From Octopus bimaculoides (lineage: Eukaryota), in assembly GCF_001194135.2 (NCBI RefSeq), contig NC_068982.1, positions 20,637,691 to 20,701,690 on the forward strand: a stretch of DNA of 64,000 bases. The letters are read 5' to 3'. Position 1 is the first letter of the stretch, and every line of letters begins with the position of its first letter. Made by a program: the position numbers and the translations under genes. The notes beneath the pieces are model-generated. The model had not been told where the DNA came from. It saw only the letters and a program-made list of their open reading frames with translations, and searched no databases. Below are positions 39,666-52,378 of this stretch, piece by piece.

Positions 39666-41149
39666 GAAAAAGTTCTACAGTGGATAATGTACTACTAGAT
39701 ATAATATGTCATTTTTAGAATCTCCAAAACAAAATTTACGAAGGAAGACATGATATACACTAGCAGCAACTTGAATTGGCGATCAAACTTTTGTTTGTTT
39801 GGTAGTTTATCTGTATCTATTGTAGAAAAAGAACAGCAGAAAATATAAAGTATTGTCGGAGATTTTATGATTCCTGTCTTGTAGCATGTGTAACTAATAT
39901 TTTCAGTTTTATATTAAAAAGACTATTGTAATCAGTCAACCATTAATATCTATTGCAGTTTATACCAGATGCGGAATAGTTTACTTATCTCGCCCATATC
40001 TTTATTCTATTGTTAATTGATTTTTTCTTATCACAATCATGAGAATTTGCATATCTTTTAAACCGTTCAGAAATTGTTTCTCACAGGAGATATCATACTT
40101 AACAACGCCTTTTTTCTTCGATAAATGTTTTAACGTAATCAGCATCGGCACTATCACCTCTCCACTACAACGAACACTACCACTAAAAATGACGAGAGTA
40201 ACAATAACATTACAACCAGTAATATAGATTTTCTCCTCCTACTCCTTCTCGCCATCCTCCTCATCATCATTATTATCATCATCACCATCCCCAGAATTTT
40301 CACAACGCCATCGCTTTTAATATTATGTACCTTTATAGCTTTTCCGTTCTAATTTCTTTTGTTTCATTAAAGAAATATTATTATTTTCGTTTTAATTTTT
40401 TTTTTTTTGGAACAAAATTAGATATAACATTTTAAAAATTATTCTTTGTAATCAATCTAAATAATGATTTACTACAATTGTGATAATAAACTGCCCTTGT
40501 AATACGGTGTCTTCGTTCGTTGTGTGATCCAATCAAATGCAACAAAAACGCTAGCATATTCGTAACTACGCTACAAGGATAATTAATTTTCCTATTTTTC
40601 CTGCTGATAATAGCAAGTTACTATTGTACATTTTCTATGCTTCGTAACTCTATTCTTTTACAATTTTTATTATTGGTATTTTTTATAAATTAATTTAATC
40701 TTTATGTCTTATAAATATTCTTTTTTTTTTTTGAGGATTTTTATAAAAATGATTCTATTATTAAATGAGTTTTATCATCATTTGATAAAAATAATTAAAA
40801 GTTTATCTTTACAGTCATTGATTTCCAACCTCATTTAATGACTCTCTTCTTCTGTCGCTATTAGATTCGTTGCTGTTGCTGTTGTTACTCGATGCAAATT
40901 TTAGTTTTTCATTCAATGTTATTCTTGATTAGTTAATTTTACTGGCGCAGACTCTCTTGATAACGTTAATGCAGCAGTTATTGTTTACGTTCCTGTTGTT
41001 GTCGTTGCATGCAGTTGGAGTTGTTCTTCATACTGTTCTTGCTGATGTTTGTGATAGTTTAAGACTTTGGTGATGGGTTTTCAAACATTGAGTATATTTG
41101 TTTTATATTACGCTGGAAATTTAAAATTTCTTTGTTTTTTTTTTCTAAG

Positions 41150-41158
41150 CTGAAACGA
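41150..41158 (+). CDS. Candidate 9-nt micro-exon
   Basis: tttctttgttttttttttctaag|CTGAAACGA|gtaagg: strong splice signals on both sides, length divisible by 3. Confidence 0.3.
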
Positions 41159-42245
41159 GTAAGGATCTTAGTTAACATAAAATAGCTTCGATGTTGGTGA
41201 GTTTTTACCTGAAATAATTAGATAGCTGATCGATATTTGCGTCATGGCAGTTATTATTAAACCCTAGAACGTTGTTTTCATATAGTTTGAAGTAGCAGTT
41301 GAGATTATATTTTTAGCAGTTGTTATAAATTATTCAAAACTGAAACATATTGCACGCTGCAGGCAAATTACAGAAGCTAGCAAAAATAAAAAGAAATTAG
41401 GATTAGTATGTTGTATAATTTTGTGAAATGTAATTTTAGAGACAGCATTTCACAGCGTCAAATAAGCGAACGTAACAATAAATTATATATTCCATTACTA
41501 ATGTATATTTTATTTCCTCCTTGTTTAACTGTTTCGCTAACTCTTCCCGGCAGTGACTCTCTCTCTCTCTCTGTCTCTCTCTTTCTCTGTATATACTTTC
41601 AAACTTCGAATCCTCCACACATATATACTGAAATTTATGATTAGGTGTGCATAAATATGTTTGCAATATAATCACAGGTTGCATCTTATACTCACATACA
41701 TACCTATTTGCGTTTTGTCATGTGTGCGCTTCTATGCGTGTTGTATGTATTAACATAGTATCGTGGAATGAATAATAAAAATCAATGTCATACACTATTT
41801 CCTTTAATGCAACTTATGTGTGTCTCTGTGGTGCATTAAGTCTGACAACTAATTTTCTTAAGAATTATATGCTAAGGTGCCATCAGACCCAGTGGACAAC
41901 TGAATGTATGTTGCATATCACAATTATCTTTGAAGCTGAAATGAAAAATTGAAATATAATTGAAAAGAAAGATTGTCATAAGGGCTCCATGCTAATCTCT
42001 GGTATAACTAGTACACTGCATGAACTTCGATTTGCCAATTATTATCGCTATGTGAATTTATATTAGCAGGTTTGAGAAAATCTGAAATGTAGGTAATACT
42101 AATAAAGTTTTGAGACTAAAAGTCTTCACCATGACTTCAATCTCACACTGTATAAATGTTTTCTAATTTAATCAATACATGTTCTATCACGACATATCAA
42201 TACAAAGTGTAATCATATAATTATCATATTTTTCAATATTTCCAG

Positions 42246-42263
42246 GTAATTATGAAGGCGCCA
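42246..42263 (+). CDS. Candidate 18-nt micro-exon (NYEGA)
   Basis: atttttcaatatttccag|GTAATTATGAAGGCGCCA|gtatga. Confidence 0.3.
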
Positions 42264-42453
42264 GTATGAGTTTCATAATGAAGAAATGTCATTTTAACTA
42301 ACTATCTACCTATAGAACAAATTATACACCTGTTAGTTTAATGTTAACAGAAATGCATATTCACACATTTAATGAATATGAAACAATACATCACGAACTA
42401 CAAAAGACGAAACATACAGAATATGAATGAATTTTTTTCTTCACCCCTCGAAG

Positions 42454-42521
42454 AACATATGCAGAGCCACGAGGCAAAACAGAATATATATGACAATGCC
42501 GAATTAGAAGTGAATTTCTAA
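42454..42521 (+). CDS. Candidate terminal coding exon (HMQSHEAKQNIYDNAELEVNF*)
   Basis: Pyrimidine tract tttttttcttcacccctcgaag; phase 1 matches the upstream micro-exons; AATAAA at 42773-42778. Confidence 0.3.
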
Positions 42522-43853
42522 CTGTTCACTACTGACGGTGTAATCAGAACTGTGAAATGAACATGACTGCACTGTACGTATGTTTCTTGCCTTTTATGGG
42601 ATTGGTTGGCATCTTTGGTAGATTATAAGTACGATAGTGCCGAGTGAATCACAGGATTTTTAAGGGAAAATTTTCAGCAGCTATTTTGCTTAACTCTTGC
42701 TGATCTACGCTTTCCGTGGTAGAATGAACCCACTATTCGTTTCAGAAATAGCACTTATGTGTACCGTCACTGAATAAACTTTCTCCATTTTTTTTCTTTG
42801 ATACATCTGAAACTATACGAAAATAGTCTGTACAACTCATTAGTTCCCAATAATCAGCAATCTGTAAGACTCAGTGGTGGGTAATGTATGCATACGAATG
42901 TATGAGATACATCGTTTCAGTGAGTTGGACGATGTAATATATATATTAACCAACATGGGTGATTTTTCTGTAGGTCACTATACTGTGTGTTATAACGCAT
43001 AACGAAAAATAGAGGATATATATCAATGCAATAAACTGCGTGGTGTAATGCTTAACTAGCTTATTCGATATAATCCACACATTTGCAGGTGTATGTGATA
43101 TAAGGGTTAATAACTTTTGCACTATATCACTATGCTGTGATGCTAATATATAATCTGCAAAAATGAAAGTGTATAATTTCACTATGCTGTATGATGTAAT
43201 CTATAATTAATAAACAATGAGCTGTATCAGCCAAGTAAGCTGACTCGTTCAGAGTATAATTTACATTGCGTGAGTTATAACTTTTCATTATGCTATACGA
43301 GGAAGTGTCTAATTAGCAATAAGCGAGGTGTGACGCATCAGATGCCCTGTTGCGTAATGTATAATTATAATTAGATAGGATATACCACTTCAGTTTGCTG
43401 TACGATGTCCTGAATAATTAATATTGGGTGTGGTGTGCCACTTCAATGTATTGTATAATGCATTAAAATGAGTCAAGAGATATCGTTGTGCACAGAACGC
43501 TTCTATCACCACTGCCACATCATAACGATCACGCCGCCAACTTGCATTTCCATGCACCACAACTACGGCCACCATACCCGACATCGATAATGCGATCACT
43601 ACCAACACCACAAGTACTCTACTCATTAGCCACCACCACCACCACCACTACCATAACCCACCCCCCCACTACCATAACCCCCACCGCCATCACCGCCGCG
43701 AGTAGTAGTAGTAGTAGTAGTAGTAATATTCGGTATTATTACTCGTCGAAGGATAAACACAAGGAAGCCTTAATTTATACAAATTTATACTTAATTTATA
43801 CTAACTTTCAAGAGGATCCTTTCACTGCTCCACATGGAATGAAATTCAGCATT

Positions 43854-44003
43854 ACATACATACATACATACATACATATAGGTATATGCATGAGAAGACA
43901 TACATAAATCAAAACATACAAAGCTGCACGTATACATACATGCATACATACATGCATACATACATGCATACATACATACATATATACATACATACATACA
44001 TAC
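43854..44003. repeat. (ACAT)n microsatellite
   Basis: Direct inspection. Confidence 0.95.
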
Positions 44004-45072
44004 AAAAATACCTTGTCCCTGATATTGAAGTTCAATAAAGGAGCCTTGGATCTAGGTTCGAAACCGACTCTTTCTCTATTGGCAAGAAAACTGGAAATAA
44101 AACTGAACAATGACACACACTCACACACACACATATCATATTATACATGACTTTAGGCAAACAGTTGTATAATATCATTTAAAATGGCTGAATTAAACAG
44201 TATTGCAATTCTGACCTCCTACACAGAGGATCTAATATCAGTACACAGTTTTGAAATATGTACTTGAGCAATAAATGCAAATTGCATACGGTGTTTCAAA
44301 GCCATAAAAGATCTCTTGTTTGTCGATGTGTATTAAAAAAAAAGTGATCAGTTACCTGAATAAAACAGCATGACTGGTAAGACTAAACCATTGGTTTTAC
44401 CTCACTCATGACCAATTTGCTTGTCATTCTTCGGTGTTCGCTAAAATAATTATCATGCGTAGCAATCAGTTTCGATATAATCGATGACTGTGAAGAAGTT
44501 TAGACAGAAAATTATATTATTGCTTCGTCACATTGTAAACGCAGCAGCTAGGTTGACATATTTAATGTTTAGAGGTTCTGACATAAGTAGTCATTACACG
44601 ATGCAGCAACTGTATTTTAATCTTATATGAAGCAAGGTAGAGTTTATGAAGCTACACTAAGACATTATAAAGAAAACCAAGCTTTCTATCGTGAATGAGA
44701 CTAATGGATCGACATGTAATTGCACAATGTCAAGTATATGCATATTTAAACAAATGATCTATTTAAAGCATACAGCCACATCAACACTCTCACAAAGATT
44801 TACATTCATATACTTGTCTCTTTAATATATATGTGTATATATATATAGAGAGAGAGAGAATATCTATATATATTAATAAAATATATTAATACATGCGAGT
44901 TGAATTTCACTTTATAACAGACTCCTCAAATTTATGTGTTGTAATTTTCCAAGAACAATAATAAATCGTTATTTGCACTGTGAACTGCAAAACCTGAATC
45001 GACAACTAACATATTTAAGCGGCAGAATCGAATAGCTGGTGTATGCGTCAAAGTAGAACAGCTTCTTTTTAC

Positions 45073-45156
45073 CACGACAGTGTGTTAATAACATAATCGA
45101 CTCATTGCTACAAATGATCCAGGGTGCCAGCGTTTCAACATGCTGTAACTCGCCAT
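45073..45156 (-). CDS. Candidate internal exon, 84 nt, phase 1-1
   Basis: Acceptor gtaatacttctag, donor G|gtaaaa, frame GELQHVETLAPWIICSNESIMLLTHCR. Confidence 0.2.
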
Positions 45157-45929
45157 CTAGAAGTATTACAAGTATCCAGACCTTTGAGTGTATAAAGGAC
45201 TGGATTGCATAGTTTATAATTTCAGTGAACAAAATATTCGATAATTAATATTGATAGCAGCCAACCGATAATAAATTGTCATTTTAAACAAAGCCATACA
45301 CAAGAAAGTCATCATTTATTTAAAAACAATTGCATTATTAAGACTTTTAAGCCTTCCAATATTTCTCGCGTCATAATCTGAATAAAATGTGATCAACGTA
45401 GACTCTCCAAAGTATTTGCTAATTATTGCAACAGAAAATTATTAGTTTCAAGAGTAACACTATATTGAAAACAACTTCAAATATATACACTGTGTATTTC
45501 TGGGTTAGTTTTCCGAGTGCTGCTTATGCACGAGGATTATGCATTTGAACCTACTATAACTAAAGATACAATATATATGAAATTTAATGAAACCATATTT
45601 GTGGGATTATACTGATCTTTATCTTTCGGATAATGAGTGTTGTTTGGAATTGTAAGTGTTGAAACATGGGACGAGTAACATAAAACAAAAATCGTCAATG
45701 AAGTATTATGTACAACTGCAGTGCCCCAATACAATACATCTGAAAATAATGGACCATATTAACACGGACGCCTACACGCATGCACATACTTAGAGGCAAA
45801 CATATGTACCAATAAGCCCAGATGGGGTTATTGTCCTCATGTGGAGACAAACACACACACATGTAGACATATATCCTAATAATGATAATAAAAACCGCCT
45901 GTATAGTTACATCTATGAGTAAATAACTG

Positions 45930-46260
45930 ATTGACATATGACTAAATATTAAATGTTTCCAAATTCCAATCTAGACATTAAGACACGTTAGAAAACTTTC
46001 AGAATGCTTAATATTAATATTATGTCTTGTGTTACTTCCAGGCAAACGCTACACGAACTTTTTAATGTATTGTATGGATATGCATTGTGTATCACTGTCC
46101 AAGTCTTACTGTATTGCATCTTTTTCTGTTTGAGGTTCCATATTAGATCAGCAAGTGATGTGCTTTTTTTTAAAGATATTCCTAAATGATATAATGCAAT
46201 TTCTCCTACGGATTTTGAAATTGCTATTCGTCGGATGTATATATGCTTATACATATGCAC
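45930..46260 (-). pseudogene. Penelope-like GIY-YIG endonuclease C-terminal remnant
   Basis: KKSTSLADLIWNLKQKKMQYSKTWTVIHNAYPYNTLKSSCSVCLE corresponds to the T.LS..IW.LK....Y.I.W.I....PY....C.LCL.E motif. Confidence 0.8.
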
Positions 46261-46454
46261 TCATGATAGCAGAATATGTGCATACAATGTTTCTACACTA
46301 ATTCATTGTTTGCCGGAGGTCATGTTTTCCTATCATTATAACCAGATCATTTAAATCACTATTTACAATCAGGTTATTACTTGCATATATTCTTATAATC
46401 TAACTCTTAGTAGCATTGTTGTTTTTGTTGTTAGTGTTGTTATATTCATTTTTC

Positions 46455-47038
46455 GGATCTTTTTTAAAACGGGGGCCACATTTTTCATTAACGAAACACT
46501 TTGAAACTTGGAACACTGGTAGAATGCGTCATATAAAACATCTTTTTCTGTTAGTCTTCTTTAAAATAAAAGAAACCCCTAAGTTATTCCATGTTAAAGT
46601 TGTCGTATTTCTGTAATTTCAACCAATCACTGACGTCCATTCAGCCGATATACATTAAGTGCCGACTACATAAACAAACGATTCTGAAACAATTCTATCG
46701 GTGATAGGGTTAAGGTTAGGATTAGGGTTAGGGTTAGGGTTAGGGTAAAACAGCAAATTTAAAAAGAAAAAAGCAAAACGAAGCTATGGAAATTAAATAC
46801 GCTTTACACCGCTTAATCAGCCAAAGGAGTAAATATAAACAACTGAATACTTGTCAGTGATTGGTTGAAATTATCGAAATAAGACAATTTTTTACATGAA
46901 ATAAATTCGAATACAAAAATATTGTTCTGTTCTATAACACAAAATAGATAAATATACGAAGTTTGAAAGTCTTTCGGTACCAAAAACACTACGTAAAACA
47001 TTAATGAAAAATGTGGCCCCCGTTTAAAAAAAAGATCC
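46455..47038. mobile_element. 584 bp MITE with 37-38 bp TIRs, 8 bp TSD, inner inverted repeat and internal (TTAGGG)n
   Basis: TSD CATTTTTC at 46447-46454 and 47039-47046. TIR GGATCTTTTTT(TT)AAA(A)CGGGGGCCACATTTTTCATTAA. Inner inverted repeat at about 46591-46635 / 46852-46898. Telomere-like run at 46706-46746. Confidence 0.92.
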
Positions 47039-47174
47039 CATTTTTCTACTTGCAATTTTTCTAAGTAGTATTATTATTAATGCTCAGAACATTTCCATCG
47101 TTATGTGTGTGTGTAAATGTAAATATATGAAAGTATATATGCATATATGTCTATATGTACATATATATATAGAC

Positions 47175-47525
47175 GTCGTTGTAGCTGTGTGGTAACAAGC
47201 TCCCTACCTAACCATATGGCTGCAAGGTCAGTCCCAGTGTGCGTCACTTTTTGCAAGTGTCTTCTACTATAGTCTCGATTTTTTATAGGCGGAGACTCAA
47301 AGATACCCATGATACATGTGTGTGTGTATGTTTGTGTGTGTGTACGTGTGTGCGTGTGTGTATGTGATGTGTGTGTTTTACTCCACGACGGCTAGGTGAC
47401 CAGTGTTGATGCATTTACGGCTCCATAACTTAGCGGCTCAGCAAACACAGCCGATATAATACGTCGCAGTGTTTAAAGCAGAAACACTGGAAGCAATTCA
47501 TTCGACTAAAACATCTTGAGCCCAC
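47175..47525 (+). mobile_element. SINE family A, full length, decayed
   Basis: gtagctgtgtggtaacaagctcc...caagtgtcttctactatagtctcg, (TG)n, ...ataacttagcggctcagcaaa...ttcgactaaaac. Confidence 0.8.
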
Positions 47526-47762
47526 TGTTTAATGAATGAATTCAGTAAAAGATAAATGATATGTATATATATATACGTATATATANNNNNNNNNNNNNNN
47601 NNNNNNNNNNNNNNNNNNNNNNNNNNNNNNNNNNNNNNNNNNNNNNNNNNNNNNNNNNNNNNNNNNNNNNNNNNNNNNNNNNNNNNNNNNNNNNNNNNNN
47701 NNNNNNNNNNNNNNNNNNNNNNNNNNNNNNNNNNNNNNNNNNNNNNNNNNNNNNNNNNNNNN

Positions 47763-48591
47763 TATATATAAAGATATATACGAATATATATACAGGAGAC
47801 CAGTAGATGGACTGGTCATGCGGTAGAAGAAGATCACATGTCATGTGTCTCCTAAGACCGAAGAATTCTCAAAGGGAATTTAGCGAAGCAACAAAAACGT
47901 AAAGCGGGCAAGACCAGTGAAAATTACTCAAAAAGAAAAAAAGAAATTATCTGCAGACATATGTTTCGAAATTAACCTTTTCTTACCGAAAAATATTGTT
48001 TTCACATCAGTGCAGAACGTAGGATACATTTAATTTAGAGAATCGTATACTAAGTTGTACTCCAGAAGTAAAGCACGTGTATAGTGTTCTAAAAATTATA
48101 CCTTCCACGGTAAAATTGAAAAGTCCTCGTTTTTGCTCGCTAAATCCGTAAATATCTCCGCAGAAAAAATGTTCCACATCGGATAAAGTGACTCTGAGAA
48201 TTTGGTTATGGTCAATTAAATTAAACAATGGCGTAAAAAATTGGATATTAATTAATATCAATTTAATACCAGGTAACTACTGGTCTCCGTATACACGTGC
48301 TTCCTTGTAGACTACAACTTAGTATACAATTCTCTAAATTATAAATCTTTCCAACGTTCTGCACTGATGTGAAAAAGATAGTTTTCGGTAAGAAAATATT
48401 AATTTTTCCAGATAATTGTATTTTTTGTGTAATTTTCACTGGTATTGCCCCCTTTACGTTTTAGTTGCATCGCTAAATTCCCTTTGAGAATTATTCGATC
48501 TTAGGAGACACATCACATGTGATGTTCTTCTAGCGCATGACCAGTCCATCTACTAGTCTCCTGTATATATATTCGTATATATCTTTATGTA
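47763..48591. repeat. Long palindrome: arms 47763-48083 and 48290-48591, spacer about 205 bp
   Basis: The arms align in reverse complement over about 300 bp with scattered substitutions and indels (roughly 85-90% by eye). Confidence 0.95.
48102..48193 (-). CDS. Candidate exon, 92 nt, inside the palindrome spacer
   Basis: attctcag|...GGAAG|gtataa. Two open frames (VTLSDVEHFFCGDIYGFSEQKRGLFNFTVE or SLYPMWNIFSAEIFTDLASKNEDFSILPWK). Confidence 0.3.
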
Positions 48592-49638
48592 AACATATAC
48601 AAGAACCCTTGAGATCTCAGATATTTTTCTGAATCTGTCTGATTCTTTTAACGTGCTAGTTACCTGCTATTAAATTTATATTAATTAATATCCGATTTTT
48701 TAACCNNNNNNNNNNNNNNNNNNNNNNNNNNNNNNNNNNNNNNNNNNNNNNNNNNNNNNNNNNNNNNNNNNNNNNNNNNNNNNNNNNNNNNNNNNNNNNN
48801 NNNNNNNNNNNNNNNNNNNNNNNNNNNNNNNNNNNNNNNNNNNNNNNNNNNNNNNNNNNNNNNNNNNNNNNNNNNNNNNNNNNNNNNNNNNNNNNNNNNN
48901 NNNNNNNNNNNNNNNNNNNNNNNNNNNNNNNNNNNNNNNNNNNNNNNNNNNNNNNNNNNNNNNNNNNNNNNNNNNNNNNNNNNNNNNNNNNNNNNNNNNN
49001 NNNNNNNNNNNNNNNNNNNNNNNNNNNNNNNNNNNNNNNNNNNNNNNNNNNNNNNNNNNNNNNNNNNNNNNNNNNNNNNNNNNNNNNNNNNNNNNNNNNN
49101 NNNNNNNNNNNNNNNNNNNNNNNNNNNNNNNNNNNNNNNNNNNNNNNNNNNNNNNNNNNNNNNNNNNNNNNNNNNNNNNNNNNNNNNNNNNNNNNNNNNN
49201 NNNNNNNNNNNNNNNNNNNNNNNNNNNNNNNNNNNNNNNNNNNNNNNNNNNNNNNNNNNNNNNNNNNNNNNNNNNNNNNNNNNNNNNNNNNNNNNNNNNN
49301 NNNNNNNNNNNNNNNNNNNNNNNNNNNNNNNNNNNNNNNNNNNNNNNNNNNNNNNNNNNNNNNNNNNNNNNNNNNNNNNNNNNNNNNNNNNNNNNNNNNN
49401 NNNNNNNNNNNNNNNNNNNNNNNNNNNNNNNNNNNNNNNNNNNNNNNNNNNNNNNNNNNNNNNNNNNNNNNNNNNNNNNNNNNNNNNNNNNNNNNNNNNN
49501 NNNNNNNNNNNNNNNNNNNNNNNNNNNNNNNNNNNNNNNNNNNNNNNNNNNNNNNNNNNNNNNNNNNNNNNNNNNNNNNNNNNNNNNNNNNNNNNNNNNN
49601 NNNNNNNNNNNNNNNNNNNNNNNNNNNNNNNNNNNNNN

Positions 49639-49708
<70 letters not shown>

Positions 49709-49990
49709 TCACACACATGTACTCACACACATGTACACACACACACATCTCATCTACATTCACATTTGATGTTGGAACTAACTCAGTATACGCACAATCA
49801 TATTTTATTGGATTCTAGCACCGATATGTTTTTATTTTCGTTTGCAGCAAACGTTTTTTTCTTCATTGCATATATGACACTGTATAATGCACATAGAATT
49901 TCACCAGATATGTATGGTTGCATACGTACACGCACCTCACAGATACACACACATGCACACGCACACACATATATATATATATATATATCA

Positions 49991-50033
<43 letters not shown>

Positions 50034-50944
50034 NNNNNNNNNNNNNNNNNNNNNNNNNNNNNNNNNNNNNNNNNNNNNNNNNNNNNNNNNNNNNNNNNNN
50101 NNNNNNNNNNNNNNNNNNNNNNNNNNNNNNNNNNNNNNNNNNNNNNNNNNNNNNNNNNNNNNNNNNNNNNNNNNNNNNNNNNNNNNNNNNNNNNNNNNNN
50201 NNNNNNNNNNNNNNNNNNNNNNNNNNNNNNNNNNNNNNNNNNNNNNNNNNNNNNNNNNNNNNNNNNNNNNNNNNNNNNNNNNNNNNNNNNNNNNNNNNNN
50301 NNNNNNNNNNNNNNNNNNNNNNNNNNNNNNNNTATATATATATATATATATTCGTGTATGCATGTAAAGCTGTCATTGAATGAAATCTGTAGTAAAGCAG
50401 TGTAGAAGCAAAGGGGGAATTTTTATCTTTGTCTTCCTCTCTAGGAAGCGATGAAAACTGCAATTCTTCATCGCTCTTCAATCTAAAGAAAATATTTGAA
50501 TTATTAAATTTTACTATATGACACATCTGCAATTGCGCGCTTGGATATTGAATAGAAAAGCGCCGTACAGTCTCTATGTATTACCTCAAGGTTTTCATCC
50601 TTTTGCTTTTCTCAATTGAAGTATCGAATATAGTGAAGCCGAAGTGGTAACAAACAGAGGATGGTGTTTATCTTTTTTTGATTGTTTACTACCCAGGGAA
50701 TTTACAAAATATATTATCGACAATTACTGAATAATACATCGTAAATAATCATTCTTCTGTGCTATCAGTATAGTATTTTGGAGAGAATATTTTATACTTT
50801 ATAAATAAATATTAGCAAAAACCTAACCAGTTTGGGATAAATAAAATATAACGTACATAATGTGAGGGGTAGTTATTGATATATCATATGCCAAAATTGA
50901 AATTAAGACATTCCTTTTCTATACAGGATGATGATGATGATGGC

Positions 50945-51015
<71 letters not shown>

Positions 51016-51210
51016 TGATGATGATGACAATTTTGGAACAAAAGCCAGCCATTTCGTGGAACGAGCTTAGTCAATTAGATCGACTCCAATGTTCAAATGA
51101 TATGTCAACCAAAGTCGACCGTTGCGAAATTTGAACCCAGGACGTAAAGACAGACGAAATCAACTGAAAATTTTGCTCTGCGGGTTAAAGATTCTGCTAG
51201 CTCACCACCT
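50945..51210 (-). mobile_element. SINE family B with (ATT)n tail
   Basis: aaagtcgaccgttgcgaaatttgaacccaggacgtaaagacagacgaaat...gattctgctagctcaccacc; (AAT)n at 50945-51012. Confidence 0.75.
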
Positions 51211-51304
51211 TAATAGTAGTAGTGTCTCATAACATATCCAATTTTATTAGGTGATCAGGGAAAAGCAGAAATACAGAGCTAACTTCATGTGGATAATTTC
51301 TGGC

Positions 51305-51877
51305 GAGGGTTATCCTCAAAAGAGGCATACTTCAAGGAGATAGCCTATCACCATTTCTTTTTGTGAATTGTATGAGATCTCTCACACAGATACTATGGAA
51401 TGTAGCATCGTGGTACACCTTGAAAAGTGGAGGAAAATTAAATCATCTGTTATATGTGGATGACTTAAAGATCTTTGGGAAGATCGAACGTGAAATAAAT
51501 AACCTACTTTCAACAGTGTAGATATTCAGTACGGATAACGGGATGGAGCTTGGGACTAAAAAGTGTGGAATATTTATAATACAACGAGGCAAAGTAGTGT
51601 CGTCTGATTGTATAGAGCTACACAACGGAGAGAAAATCAAGGAGATTGTGACTAATGGATATAAATATCTGAGGGTCTTCCAATAGCACAAAAGCAATAA
51701 AAACTTTAGGCGAGAATATCTCAGAATAACAATATCACCATATCAGTTATGGGAAGAAGGCTCAATGGAAAAGAAACAAAATCAAGATCAGAGCAAGAAA
51801 CACATAGGCTATTTATTTAATTTGATACGGTGACGATGTTGCTGAGTGGACCAAGAACGAGCTTGAGGAAATGAATA
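51305..51877 (+). pseudogene. R4/Dong-like (RLE-type) non-LTR retrotransposon RT fragment
   Basis: RGILQGDSLSPFLFV..KLNHLLYVDDLKIFG..FSTDNGMELGTKKCG..RGK..GYKYL..IRYG...WTKNELEEM. Confidence 0.85.
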
Positions 51878-52235
51878 AAACTAACATCGAGCTACAACAA
51901 ATAACCTTAGATGCCAAGAACCCTCCTAAATGTTCTTGGTGTCCCTAACAACATTTTTTTCTGCAGCTGTACGGAACTGGGTTCTATGCCTATTTCTTCT
52001 ATCCGTCTGTGCAGATCTTTGGAGATACTTCCCAATGCACATATAGCTACTGGGAATCATTTTACCCGAGCTTTCCATAGTCTCTGTAATTCAATAACTA
52101 AGTCCTTGTACTTCGCTTCTTTTTTTTTCTATACTTCTCATATTGATTATTTCATCATTTGGGACTGTAAAGTCAAATATCTGGCACTTTCTATTCTCTT
52201 TATCTTATACTACTAAATCAGACCTTTCTGCTTCT
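51878..52235 (-). pseudogene. R4/Dong-like RLE endonuclease C-terminus, inverted
   Basis: Minus strand: DLVV.DK..RKCQIFDFTVPND..K.AKYKDLVIELQRLWK..PVAICALGSI..LQKKMLLGTPRTFRRVLGI*. Confidence 0.85.
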
Positions 52236-52239
52236 ATAA

Positions 52240-52320
52240 CTTTGTTGTAGCTCGTTGTTAGTTTTTTCTTTTCTTTTCCAATAGTCTAATCTGTTGAGTG
52301 TACATGAAATTATTATTATT

Positions 52321-52376
<56 letters not shown>
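52240..52376 (+). mobile_element. R4/Dong-like 3' UTR with (TAA)n tail
   Basis: ttgttgtagctcgttgttagttt matches the UTR start seen inverted at 51878-51901 and is followed by (aat)n. Confidence 0.65.

Positions 52377-52378
<2 letters not shown>

Noticed and set aside
44055-44065. Perfect B-box GGTTCGAAACC suggesting a tRNA gene
   Set aside because: No A-box or cloverleaf can be formed from the flanks; probably part of a dispersed repeat.
47763-48591. Palindrome as an assembly fold-back artefact
   Set aside because: The arms differ by many substitutions and several indels, whereas chimeric fold-backs are essentially identical.
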